Source: Cycas panzhihuaensis
Lineage: Eukaryota > Plantae > Cycadophyta
Direction: 5' to 3'
Length of the DNA stretch: 64,000 bases
Assembly (NCBI GenBank): GCA_023213395.1
Contig: CM041465.1
Coordinates: forward strand, 159,905,741 to 159,969,740
Shown: positions 25,855 through 38,984 of the stretch, in pieces
Position numbering within the stretch: the first letter of the stretch is position 1
Layout: each line of letters starts with the position of its first letter
Position numbers and translations under genes: made by a program
Notes under the pieces: generated by a model
Told to the model about the DNA's origin: nothing
The model's database searches: none
What the model saw: the letters and a program-made list of their open reading frames with translations, nothing else

Positions 25855-28850
25855 ACTGATAGTACTAATAACTCCCCTAGTAATTTATTCATATTCAAAG
25901 ATAATATGAGATAGACACGTAAACTTCACAGTAATCAACCTTATCCAAATAAACTAATCTCCCTAAATCAAGTGCATAAGTAATTAAATTATAATATTAG
26001 ATATATAGTATATATTAATAACATCTAAACTCACACTAATATTTACTTGGATATAAAACATATCTTCACTAAGTACTAGTATATTTTTTTCCTGCTTCTT
26101 GCCTTGCCCCCTTCTAAATCATGGCTATTACCATACCATTAGACTAAAAACTCCACATGATCCAATCAGTCTTAGGTTGTACTACAAATCTTACTTTCAA
26201 AAAAATAAAATTAAAAATATTACTAATGAGCTAACAAAAATAGGAATTATATAACCTAATAAAAGCCCCCACATTACTCCTATTGTATGCATCTATAAAA
26301 AAGGATGTCTCTTTTTGTCTCTCTATCAATTATTGGGAATTGAAAAAGATAACCATAAAGAATAAATTCCTAATCCTAAGAATCAATGATATGTTGGATG
26401 AAATATATAATGTTGTCATGTTCTCTAAATTGGACCTTCAATTGAGCTACTACCAAACTTTTCTTGCCCTTAAAAATCAGCATAAGATAACCTTCCAGAT
26501 ATATCATGGCTATTATAAATTCTAAGTCATGCCCTTTAGCTTATATAATTCTCTAACCACATTTCAATCTTTAATGAATAAAAAGTTTACCTCCTACCTT
26601 CAAAAGTTTGTCATTTTTTTTTTATGATATTCTTATTTATAGTACTAACATGTCTCTTCACCTCTAACATTTGAAAATTGTTCTTAAATTCTCAACTAAT
26701 ATCAATTAAATGCAAATCTCTCAAAGTGTATGTTTAATAAATCTAAATTATAGTATTTAGGCCATGCCATTTCCTTGGATGGTATTTGGTTTGATCTTGA
26801 TAAAATTTCAGTTATCACTAACTAGCCAATACCCTAGAATCTCACCAAGTTATGAGCTTTCTTAGAACACACAAGATTTTATTAATATTTCAATAAAATT
26901 TATTCTACCTATATGGATTTATTATTAAATCTACTCTTAAAGGACTCATTTTAATAGTCTTTAGTTACAAATGATGCCTTTAATACTTTTAAGGGATTAT
27001 GTTATTTACTTCATTCTTTATCATCCCAAATTTCTCCCAACTTTTTTAGATGGAATACAATGCTTGTATATTTGGCTTGGGTGTTGTGCTTATGTAGGAC
27101 TATCACCTAATTGTATTCGAGAGTTGAGAGCTTAAAGATTGATGAATATTAATCCTCAACATACTAAAAGAAAATGAAGGCTATCCTACATATGGTAGAT
27201 AAATGGCACTAATATCTACTAGGTTTAAAAATTGTTATTCTAATAGAGCACCATAACCTTCTTCACCTTTAAGACCAATCAATTTTATCTAAGGAGTAGG
27301 TTAAGTGGATTGATTGCCTCGAGGTATTTAATTTCACTATTATATATAATAAAAAGAAAGACAATATGGCTATAAGCATGATCTCTCTCACCTTCTTACT
27401 ATCCTATTTAAACATGACATTCATGCATTCTCTAAGCCTCAACCAACATGGTTGTAATAATTGGCCATTGATAACCAAACCTAACTTGATTTTGCATAAT
27501 GGACCAATAAAGTCCATAGTCAAACGAATTGGTCCATATATAATAATGAACTTTAATACAAGAATTATATCTTTATCCATCTTATATCTCCTTTCATTCC
27601 TTTAATCTTGTTTGAGTATCACTCTACCCTTTTCAGAGGCCACTTATGTTTAATAAAATATATCATCATATTTAATATGATTTTTATTGGCCACATGTGA
27701 AATCTATAGTCCTTACATTTGTCTTTGAGTATGACATGTATCAACATAATAAGATAGATACTAAGGCTCAACTAAGGTTCATTTAATCCCTTCATATTCC
27801 TCAGGGAAAATGGTAGGATATAATAATGGACTTCATGAAAGGCCTACCAATATTTATTGGGTATGACTCTATTTTATTAGTTATTAATATACTAGTTAAC
27901 TATGCCTATTTCTTGCATGTTTATATATCTTATAAAGCATCGTACCATGTTGACCTATACATCTAGTCTATAGTCCATCTCCATGAATTTCCATCAATAA
28001 TAGTTTGTGATAAAGACCCTAAATTTACTAGTTTATTTTGGGAGAAACCCTTTTGAGGATTAGGGACTTAATTCAATATGAGCTCAACCTACTATTTACA
28101 AAATAATGATCAGTCTAAAGTCCTTAATAAAACTCTAGAAACATACTTGTGTTGCTTTGTTTCTAAGCATCAAGCTAAATAGACTTCTTAATTAACCCTT
28201 GTAAAATATTAGTATAATTTATCTTATCACTTGATTATAGGCATGTCTCCATTTATGGATCTCTATGGCTATCCCTTTCTATCCCATTACACTTTGGCAA
28301 CTAATATTAGAATGGTTGTAATATAATAAAAGCTCTAATATATGGGCAAAGTCTTAAATACCATCAATCAAAATCTAACTGCCACTTAGAGTCACGTGAA
28401 ATAATTTGTTAATTGTAACTATTTTGATTGCTCCTTCTCCATTAATGACTTGGTTTTCCTCTATATATACTCACATAAATAATAATCACTCAAGAAGCAT
28501 AAAAGTCATAAGCCTAGCCCTTGGTACTATGGTCTATATAAGGTGCTCTAGTACATTAGTGAAGTTGTGTATACCTTAGAACTTCTTCATAATACTAAGA
28601 TCCATAATGTTTTCCATGTTTCATGTCATAAAAGACATCTTAGCAAGGACAATATTCCCTAGACCATTATCTTAGCCACTAATGAAGAGAAACTCCTTAT
28701 AGTTCCATCAGATCATATGTTGGCTACTTGACAATGTCGCCTCTAAATAGAGTCATCTAAAAGCATCTACTCTAATGGTTTAACTATAAGCTTAATGAAG
28801 CAACGTGGAAATTGACTAAATTTATTAACATTCATGTCTTCTTGGATTTG
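25855..28850 (+). pseudogene. Chromovirus RT-RH-INT-chromodomain (degenerate)
   Basis: 'KKITIKNKFLILRINDMLDEI...FSKLDLQLSYYQ' (RT), 'YYGLYKV...IHNVFHVS' (GPY/F-SH3), 'LL*WFNY...EATW' (chromodomain, ~28700-28810). Confidence 0.82.
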
Positions 28851-28878
28851 GGGACTCAATATCTTAGGGGAGGGGACC

Positions 28879-29266
28879 TATTACATAACCGCTCATTATC
28901 AACAAAATCTGTTTGCCAAGCATAGGACCAAGGGACCTAGTGGTTCATGTTACTTATTAACTTTTATACATAGGTCACTTATGTCTATAAATAGAATTAG
29001 AAGCTGATTGTATCACTAATGGTATTTTGTGTAAAAGGCCTCTTTTGTTATTTAAAGTCTACTAAATATAAAATAAGATTATTGTATATTAAGATCATAT
29101 GTGATAGTGTACTTTAGTATGTCTTTGGTTTTCTTTAATGTCCTTGTATGTGTTTAATATCTATAACTTTGGTCTTCATGATAACAAAATAGTGGCCATT
29201 GCTACCATATTGTATCCTTTGAGTTATCTACACCTTTTATTTGTGGAGAAATATCAAGTGGTAACA
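28879..29266 (+). repeat. Putative 3' LTR of the chromovirus
   Basis: Follows the PPT; inverted termini tattac...gtaaca; contains a TATA-like tctataaata. Partner LTR not in the window. Confidence 0.6.
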
Positions 29267-29555
29267 TCCTACTAAATGATTGAATAACCCTTGAAAGGTT
29301 TAAACCTTAAACTTCCCTTTCTATGTTCAAATGCATTCCCCTGTGGTTAATAAGATAGTATTTATTCATTGAAAATAAATATTTTTATTTGTATTCATTT
29401 GTATTAACCTTATTATTCAACCTTATAAGATATTATACTTTCAAAGATACTATGTATTTTAGTGGGTATTGATCTCTATACTTCTGATGTTAAACTTTTA
29501 TTTCATTTTTTGGCTATCAAAATTTTTGGACATGAGGTATTGAAAATGTAGAATT

Positions 29556-29700
29556 TTATTATTTTTTAGTGTTTTTTGTTTTTGAGATGAAAGATAAAAA
29601 TGTTTTGAATGAAAATAACATATTAGTGAGATTTGAACTCTCCACCTATCATTTCTTTTTGTTTAAAGAAATCTTTTCTTAACCACTAAACCAAGCTATT
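29556..29700 (-). mobile_element. Putative tRNA-derived SINE relic
   Basis: Minus-strand A-box-like TGGTTTAGTGG (29683-29693), B-box-like AGTTCAAATCT (29629-29639) about 43 nt downstream, and an A-rich tail at 29556-29583. Confidence 0.45.
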
Positions 29701-29720
29701 ATTTCTTAAATAAAAGGGCC

Positions 29721-29771
29721 ACACACATATATATGTATGTATGTATGTGTGTGTGTGTGTGTGTGTGTATA

Positions 29772-29842
<71 letters not shown>
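29721..29842. repeat. Compound microsatellite (TA)(TATG)(TG)n(CT)n(CA)n
   Basis: Directly visible. Confidence 0.97.
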
Positions 29843-29844
<2 letters not shown>

Positions 29845-31074
29845 CACGTTATATCTTCACAAGAGCAAACTTTTGTAATATTAAACTCTTGACTTATCAA
29901 AACAAAACTCTAATTAATACATCATCTACTAAGATGGCTAATACATGTTTATTAAAATATTTAATTTCAAAGTTTTGATATACATAAGGATGAGAGAAAA
30001 TTAAAAGAGCACTTTCAAGTATATAATGGGCTTATGTTGTAGGTTTTGATTGAGATCAATTTACGATGGCTATGTTTAAATGAGACAATAACTATATATA
30101 TTTTTTCAAGTTGATTTGTTTGATTTGAACAACAATGGTTGCAATGAACTAATAAAGAGAATACTGGCATGGAATTCAATCCATAAATAGAAATCTCTAA
30201 AATCCAAGATGTGTAAAGATACACTCTATTACAAGGTGAGAGATATTCTTACAGATATGGGAATAGGGTAACTAAGGAGCAAAGATTGTTCAATATGAAT
30301 GGGATAAGTTTATACATGATATATTATTAAATCCATTTAGGCTAGGTGGAACTACTTATGCAAGGGCAATTGAGCTTATTGAAGCCATGACAATCCTCCT
30401 AATTGCCAATTGAGCACTAAAACAATGGGGTCACATGAATAGCTCAAATAGAGAACCAGAAAGGTAAACAAGAACAAACAAATGTGTTGTAGCTATGAAA
30501 TGGCTAGTAAACATCTTTTCTTTTTTTTCAATGTAGATGAAGAGTGAAATTTTTGAAGATGTAGAATTACAAGTTGTCTAGTATAGTCACATACCTAAGG
30601 CATTAATCAAAATGGAAAAAGTAAGCCAAACAATGGTGCTAACCATACTTTAACACAATTATTTGTTGACTATTTTTTCAGATCATTGGAAATTAAACTT
30701 ACATTACTTTTACTCTTAATGACAAGGTTGTTTGTTATCTTCATCTTTCCATAACTTCCCTCCATTTCAAACTCTTTTTCATGTACATTTAAGTTACCTT
30801 CCTTATCTTAATTATCTTCATTCTTTTTCCTCATATAAAATAAATGTACTAGAGAAGGGAAGAAAGTAGAGCATTATGATAGCAAATACTAGTATGTGAA
30901 ATGAGCTAGAGTTGAAAAACTATAAGAGTTCTTCTCCAAAGTCTTTAAGAAAAATTTCTCAAAATGTCTATCCATTAAAGTCTTATTTTATTAAACAAGA
31001 TTATATTTATATATGTAAATATTTGTTGGTCTAGTTTATCATTGGACAAATAACTAACTATCCATAAACCTCCT

Positions 31075-34000
31075 TGGAATCACACTTGTGGGGGTAGTAG
31101 GATCTCTTACACTTTGACTAGACACGAAGGCCTAAAGGCATAATATAGGTCAAGGTCACCCTTAAAGGGTATCTAAGAATGTAGGATTTGAGGAACATAA
31201 TGACACATAGTCTCTTCCTACTCTAAAGGGTTGAAAATAATGAGGGACAAGAAAGGGTGGTGGCATCCTTAGGTTATCGAGTAGCTTGGCTGAAGCTCTT
31301 CTATCCTCAAAAGGGAGAGAGGGAGTAAGAGATTTCCCTTAAGAAAGGGAAATAGAAGAGTAAAAGACCCCTTTCATAAAAGGAGATGGAGTAAGGAATG
31401 ATGGAGAAGCAACGATTCCAAAATGGTTTGAAGTAGCTTGTTTAATGCCTAAAGGGTTACCTTCAGGGTTCAGGTTTTAGTGCTAATTTTAAAAGAAGGA
31501 GGGGATGTTACCACTATCTATTTGAAACTAAGTTGTAAGCTCTTCTTGGGTTGCAAGAAGAAAGGGAATGGTGTTCAAGTTTATGGTCTTTATTACAATG
31601 TGATTTTATTTTATGGCATGATGGTTGTAAAGTTCATAAAATAAAATGAATGTACAACAAACATACAAATCTCTATTTCTCTCTCTCATTCTCCTTTCTT
31701 TTTTGTCCAAGGGTTTGATTTTGGATTCAAGAAAGAAATAATGAGAGAATTTTATAACCAACTCCCTTTTAATTAAAATTCTCTTTAAATGCAAGAAGGA
31801 AATAAGACATAACTATACTTCCTACCTATGCAAGAAAAATATGTATAATATGCTTTTAATTTCCTTTCATATGCAACATGTATGCAAAGTTGAGAAGGAG
31901 GAAGAATGTGTGTATGCAACAAAGTTATTTTTAGATGCAAAAAGAGAAGTTGGTATGTTTCTCCTATGCTACACTTTTCTTTTCACATTCAATGTAAATG
32001 CATAGGTGTAAGAGATAAATATTTCTTGTTATCTATATTCTCTTTTAGGAAAAGAAGGGGAAAAGGGCAAGGAGAGAGTAGGTTTAATGGAGTGCACCTA
32101 GTTTTATGATGGTCAATGACCTAACACAACTCTTCCTTATGCTTCTCCTTTGCTGGTAACTTTGCTTCCTTTGTTGTTAAAAGAGTTATTGGAGAGAATA
32201 AAGTGGGGCTACCTTACCTTCCCTAAATTATAATATAATAAATGCAAGAGACAAAAGGAAATAAAGTAATAAGATAGAAATAAATATCAACTATTGTGCT
32301 TAAGCATGAAATGGCATCACCTCTTTACGAAATGTTACTTTACTTGTAATGTAGTCCTCTACCTACACAACAAGGGAGAAAAGACCTTTCCATAAGATAA
32401 ATATGTATATATGTATATGCTTATAAATACAAATATTAATTAAAAAATTTGTTCCAAGTATTTAACCCAAAAATGAAATCAAATATTATTCTTTCGAACT
32501 TACTACCTCACCATACAACATCAAGAAAGAAATGGGAGAAGAGAAACGGGGAGTGCCTCAGGATGGTGGAGCCCCTCTATAAGGTGGATATCTCCCTAGT
32601 GGCAAAAGGTGTCACATGTCTAGGTAGATGTTTGATGCAATATTTGGGATAGGAATGAGATACAAAGTCTCAAAGGTATGTTGTAAGTTTCACAACCAAA
32701 ATGTTGCACAAGTAGAGGTAGTGTATGCTAGAATACTTTGTAGCTTCAGGAAGGGGATTACCCAAATGGAAGGAAGCCTCTGGAGTTAGAACATAGGCCT
32801 AATATCCTTTCTACAATCTCCCTTAGCTAGTCAAGCTCTCCACCTACTATGAACTAGTGGTTTGGATGGTGAAACAAAGGGTTTGTTGTTGAATGGAGGT
32901 GCTCCCTCCCAAGCTTACACAATGAAAACTACCAAATGTTTATGCAAAGGACCTTTTAATCAAGAAATCAATAAAACATGCAATAAATGGTAAAAGAAAT
33001 AGAATAAAATAATGATATTTATTAATAAAATCAAACCAACATAGTCTTACCCATTAGGAGAAGAGAATGTTGGTGAGAGTTGAGAGTTTTTTTTGTAGAA
33101 ACAAGCTTTTGGAGAAGAAATCTTTGCTTGATGATGAAAAGGAGAGACTCCTTAGCTGCGTTGGTAGCTTGGGGAGGTCCTCTTACTTCTTAAGAGCTAA
33201 ATTTCCCTTTCTTTGGCTATCCAAAATCTAGTTTTTAGCATAAACTATGCTAGCATGCAAGAATAGTGAGAAAGTTTCTTGAGAAGGAGCTCCAAAGTGA
33301 AAGTTGATGATCCATAATAAGTTTAAAATCTAGTTTTTGTATTCTAAAGGTTTATTGGGACTGTTAGACCCCCATTTGGGTAAGTCTTGAGGCTAGATCT
33401 CATGTTAGGCTTGTATTAAATATGATTTTGATGTTACTACCCACATTTAAACTCATAATAGTTGCACTATAAATATTTAAGTAGTGTCATAGATATATTT
33501 ATGGGGTGTAACAATCAAAGTGGGGTAAGCAAAAATCATGGGGAAGTATAAATAAAACCATAGATTTTGATAAAAATTAGTAAATACTAACAAAAGAATG
33601 AGGGAATCTCCCGCTGAGGGACTAAAATTCCTCCTTACAGGTCAATAAATTAAATCCAGGTTATTTTATAAGATGAACAATGATGAAAACATATGTGAAA
33701 CCCATTGAAATGAGCTAGAACTCAACAAATAATGGTAATCAAGGATGTTGGGGTATAAAACGAAACCCAAACAATCAATTGTCAATGAAACACACAAATA
33801 GATCTCATATGGAATGAGTAATAAGGGCATCTTTCTGCTAAGGGCCTTAATAAACCATGTTTGGTATACCAAAGGATAAATGAGGCATAATAAAAGGGAA
33901 AAAGATGCTATAAGAGGGTGCAAAACAAGCCAAGAATCACCCAAACTAAGATATAGAGGCATGTGAGGGACCTATTGCCAATTAGGACTTACCACAAGAG

Positions 34001-34212
34001 CTCAATGGTTCCATTAGACTAGATTCCTTGTCGTCATAGGCATGAAACATGCATAGGTAAGGGGATTAAGCAAAGAATCCAAGCAATCAAGTAATCATAT
34101 AAGAATATATCCTACAATAATTATAAAGATGTGATAGAGAGTAAGGGTTAGAATATATAGCTAAACTTACTTACATGATGAAGCTTGATCCATTCCTGAC
34201 AGGCAGGAAGCA
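31075..34212 (-). repeat. 3' LTR of element 2 (~3.14 kb)
   Basis: Colinear direct repeat with 45916-49146. Confidence 0.93.
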
Positions 34213-34386
34213 TTGCCCCCTTGGCAACAGAACCTCGTTAACCTGGAGCATCAAATGATGGTGAATGTTGGCAACACAAAAGGCATCAATAGAAAAGAGC
34301 TCTAAGAGGCTAATGTATTGATAACCAAGGTGACTGATAAGTGCTGCAATGAATAAATGGATGGGAAGTTATATGATGGGGAAAGT

Positions 34387-34461
34387 AATCAAGCCTCCAG
34401 GGGATTGGACCAATCAAGCCTCCAGGGGATTGGACCAATCAAGCCTCCAGGGGATTGGACC
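34387..34461. repeat. Perfect 25-bp tandem repeat x3 (aatcaagcctccaggggattggacc)
   Basis: Three identical units at 34387, 34412 and 34437. Confidence 0.95.
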
Positions 34462-34637
34462 CTAGACCCAAGGCATATACAATAGAAGCTACAGAAGGGG
34501 TGCCCTAAGGGGATGCCCATGGTAGCACACTTGAATGGGTAGCATGATCCAAGAAGACATAGTGAGATTGGAATCCTAAAGAGAAACAAAAAGGGGTGAA
34601 TGAGGGGATGCCTCATCACTCTATGTTAGAATATAAA

Positions 34638-35060
34638 TCAAAAGAAAGGGTCACCAAGAAGTGAGAGGAAATGCTCAAGAATAAGGTAAACTAGATTATT
34701 GGCCTTAGTGTTTTGATCATGAGGGATGTATCGAATATCCATCAAAGAGAAACTTGACAAAAGAAACCTAGTAGTCAAAGTAAGGGATTTCAATAGAGGG
34801 AAAAGGACCTGATAAGTTTGGTTCAATTATGACACAACAATCTAAGAATTGTAATGCAGGATGATGGGACCACGATGGAAATGAAGTGCACTGGTTAAGG
34901 CTTTAATAGCAACTATATACTTTGTTTTATTATTTATGGCCTTAGGTAAATAAGCCCTAGAACACATAAAATCATACCCAGAGGGATCATAGATGATCCA
35001 AATTATGGTAGAGGGTCTTGGGTTTCCATGAACATCACCATCTATGAAGATGAGTAGTAC
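34638..35060 (-). pseudogene. Archaeal-type RNase HI (aRH) domain
   Basis: 'LIFIDGDVHGNPRPS..IWIIYDP...AYLPKAINNKTKY..AIKAL...YNS*IVVS*LNQTYQV...IRYIPHDQNTKANNL' matches the aRH pattern FDG.SRGNPG.S / TNN.AEY / DSQLVV.Q / HIPR.QN..AD.L. Confidence 0.88.
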
Positions 35061-36099
35061 CATGACTAGGGTAATAACAAGAATCTTAGTGAAAAGAAGA
35101 GAGATATTGGATAAAGAATAAAGAGTCCTGGTGACCACAATTACTCAAAAATCCAATCATGAGAGGATAAGAGAGGCCTATAGCTAGCCTGTTAAGCTCG
35201 TGGAGGGTCTACCCTATGAAAGGGAAGGAGTAAAGATGAGAATGGGCTTAATGTCAAGGATCTAAAGCTATTTAAGGGCCAAATAGGGGCTTATTTTAAG
35301 GACTAGCTCCCATTGGGAGAAAAAAGGGCCAAAACTAAAGTCGAAAATGGAATCAACACACCAAAACAAGTTCTTGGAGTATAAACATGGATAGGTTCTG
35401 GACCAGGCTAAAAATAGACCCAAAACAACTCTTGAGGAATGCAAAAGGGGGCACCATAAATACGTGAAAAGGTGAGAAAAAACATCATCTAGGAATTAAA
35501 ATGGGTCGAGACCCTAGAGGGAAGGAGAATGAGCTTTAGATGATGGTCTAAAGAACTTCATTAGAATGGAAAAAGGCTATGGGGCTCCATGAAATCTTGG
35601 GAATAAAAGGGGGAATGAGGGGTGAAAATGGAATTCATTTTCACACTCCTTTATTTGATTTTAAGAGAGACTTCTCTGCCACCCTGATTTTACTACCCCT
35701 AGATAAGCCTTATGGAGGAGATCTAATTGTTAGATCATCATGTAGAGGTAGACATTGCAACCATGATCAAGCGATGGTAGTTGTTAGACTAGACTTGTAA
35801 CCCAGATCTTGACCATGACTCCCTCATTTATGATTTTTTATTAATGACTTTCATTTTGGTAGGTAGTGCCCATTAGGAGCATTAGGAGGTGTAATTAGAC
35901 CCATTTGAGGGCTTTTAAGAGGCTAGACTAGGGCTTTAGGATGCCTTGGTCCCATTGGACTAGGTACTATCCACTTTTGGATTTATTTTATTTTATTTTT
36001 TCAGTTTTATAAAATTTTGGCAAGGGTATTTATGGTACTGTGGATTTATTTGTAGTTTCACGGATATCTTTGGGGGTATAAAATAATCTATGGGTCCTC

Positions 36100-38085
36100 A
36101 CTAATATATTAGCGATGCCACATATATATTAACATGGTGAGATCAGAGATAGGAAATGCTAGATATAATTTAGATTTAGTCACATTTTGATTATTTCCTC
36201 TAATTAGGAAGGCCTTTTTACTATGTAGGGAGGTAAGTAACTCATCAAGGGGTTTTATTTTACTATTCTTCTAGCCTATTATAGCGGTAGATAACTACAA
36301 GAACATTAATACATTGATGTTCGAATTTGCTAAGTTATTGAGGCATTGAGAGAAGGTGACACTGAGACACTACGGCTTGATCAAGATAGTTTGCACACCA
36401 TAGTATGCATCAGATCAGGCACTACTAGTAGACATCATCTTGCACTAGGATTAACAAAGGCATGTGATCCATCTTTTATCCATTACCCTATTTGATGTTT
36501 AGTAGATCATGGGGGTACCTGTGAGTGGATCACCAGTAGTGTTAGGGATATTGCCTAGTACAGATGCAATGCATCGCGAGGTAGCCTGGTTCTTTTATGA
36601 CAGGGGTTAATGGGACCAAAGAGGACTCTCCTTCCGGACTATAGTCATGTCTGGATTCCTCGTGTGAGGAAGATGATTATATTTGCCATTATGTTCTGGA
36701 TCTCCTGAAAATAAAATCATAGGGATGTCCCAGGCATATGAATAGATACCATCAGGCTATGCGAGACTACGGAGAGGTTTGATTAAGCTACCTTGATAGT
36801 GACCAATCTCATAACCCAGTTTGATCAAATCTGGGTGGTGGGATGGGGCAAACTATATTATTACTCCTTACTCCAATGTTGGGTTTTTTATCATTTTTTA
36901 GGAGTAGGATCAGCCACAAGGCTATAACCTACAACAGCCAATGATCCCCTGATACATTAATGGCCATCACACTTCAAGGGTGTCAGAGAGGTAGCCTAGG
37001 TTAGGAGGTCAATAACAACTATATCACTCGACCTACTCATGGTGTAGGACTATATGAGTTAGCTATATCGTACCATACATTAGGAGAGTGATGTAGACAA
37101 AGGAGAGGCTATAAGGGTTCCAGTAGTAGAGTAGGGAGAGGAGGAGGATCAGGGAGTTATCATAGCTGACTTAGAGGCAAAGGCAGCTTTGGAGGCTATA
37201 GGAGAGGTAACTATTATTGTATCTGGAGCAGAGGTCCTTAGAGAAGAGGAGGCAGAGGCTGGGGAGGCACCAACCACTCCAGGAGGTGAGACACTAGGAG
37301 CAAAGGAGGAGGGAGATGAGGCAGTAATAACCGAGGTGGTAGCAACTAGAGAGGAGCTGGCTCCTCTAGGAGGTGAGCTCCCCCCCCCCCCCCCACCCTA
37401 GCTTTAGATTTTTATTTAGCCACTTGATTAAGATTTTTTATGTTGTTTGTAAATTATGTTTATAGTTTTTATTTATACATCACACTGATACATTGATTTG
37501 CATGATTGGCAAGTGGAGAGGATATAGGAGAGTTGATCAGGAGAGCCATAACAAAGCTCTTCCCATAGGTCTATGAGAAGGGGTAGCCTCCCATTGTAGA
37601 TAACAAAGAGCTGAGCTTTATGGCCCCCCATATAATAGCTTTTGCCCCTCTTATCTAGGCTGGAGATATTTAGGTTGTAGAGGCCTAAGAGGGATGGATG
37701 AAGAGGGAGCAACTCTAGGCTTGGGTGTAGGAGATGGAGGCTCAGGCAGAAGGTGACAGTACATGGGAAGTAGCCATACTAGTAGAGGTAGCTCCAGGAG
37801 ATGACGTGAGGGTCACAGTGCTAGAGGAGCATCTTTGAGGGATTGAGATTCAGCTAGGTGAGGTCCTAAGGGAGAGGGATCACCTGCAGGACTGATATGA
37901 TTAGCTGGTTAATTAGATGGTAGCAAAGTCATCATGCACTCATACTCACATAGCCACACTATCTTAGAGGAGAGTGAGGGATGAGGGAAATAAGGCTAGG
38001 GCCTTGCAGAGGCATAGAAGGAGCCTCGAGGGAGCTTGGTCTCTGAGCAAGAGAGGAGGGCAACCTGAGGGAGATACATCGTGAT
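36100..38085 (+). pseudogene. Antisense accessory gene: Plant Mobile Domain (PMD), acidic/Pro linker and coiled-coil
   Basis: 'DQALLVDIILH*D*QRHVIHLLSITLFDV**IMGVPVSGSPV' (36413-36540) and 'RFD*ATLIV..L...LLQCWVFYHF' (36775-36900) match PMD motifs; E-rich linker 37100-37400; heptad-like segment 37810-37920. Boundaries approximate. Confidence 0.75.
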
Positions 38086-38254
38086 GATGCTATGCTCTCA
38101 TGAGACTATTGTATCATAGACTTTGATGAGAAGAAAGCTTTAGACCTCCAAGTGGACTCGTACCACCATATATATATATGATTATACATCCCCCTATAAG
38201 GATTGCAACTTCCTAGGCATGTGGTGTTGACATATTTTATACTTTTTCATATGA

Positions 38255-38256
<2 letters not shown>

Positions 38257-38321
<65 letters not shown>

Positions 38322-38346
38322 TAGATAGATAGATAGATAGATAGAT
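38257..38346. repeat. (TA)n(GATA)n microsatellite
   Basis: Directly visible. Confidence 0.97.
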
Positions 38347-38984
38347 GGTATTCCATTTTTATATATATAGTTAATTTAATTGATTATGGATGTATATGGA
38401 TGCATAGATACATGATGGATATATAGATGTGGATTGGCTTTGTTTCATTATGTATATTTTGTTAGATGTCCTCTTTGTTTGGTATGACACTTACACCAGG
38501 CACACACAATCACCTTGTATGCTAAGGAGTCTCATGTGGTCCTAGGGTAAGGGGGATCACGTTTTCCTTGGAAAGAAAAATGGCGACCTAGATAAAAAAG
38601 AGAATAGGGACATGTATGGATACCCTAGGAGCAGTTGGAGGAGATAGAAGCTATCTCCAAAAGCCTTCTCTAGGTGGTAACCTATGCTCAAAAGCGAATA
38701 GAGTTACTTCCCAAAGAAGAAGCTAACCATGGGGGTGGAAATATGCCCCCAAGGTGATGCATTCACCGCCACTCATGGATTGAAAGAAGGGATCTATTAG
38801 TTGAGGGGATACATGACACCTTTAAAAAAGGGTGTAGCCTTCTTAATAATAAATACAGTCATTAGAAACCTGAATACACACTATGCCCCTAGAGAGGGTA
38901 CTTGGCATTGCATTTGAAAGATAGTTTAGGCACATTTTGGAACGAAGGATAAGCTTTCATTTTATACAGAAGAAGAAAGAAATA

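Larger units (their letters stand above)
9806..29266 (+). mobile_element. Chromovirus-type Ty3/gypsy element, interrupted by copia A; 5' LTR not in the window
   Basis: gag/PR at 10100-11492 continues as RT-RH-INT-chromodomain at 25855-28850; PPT ggggagggg at ~28867; 3' LTR with t(a/g)ttac...gtaaca termini. Confidence 0.8.

Noticed and set aside
29733-29978. 81-aa ORF
   Set aside because: It is the translation of a microsatellite.
34387-34461. CRISPR-like palindromic repeat
   Set aside because: No spacers, eukaryotic TE context and no cas genes.
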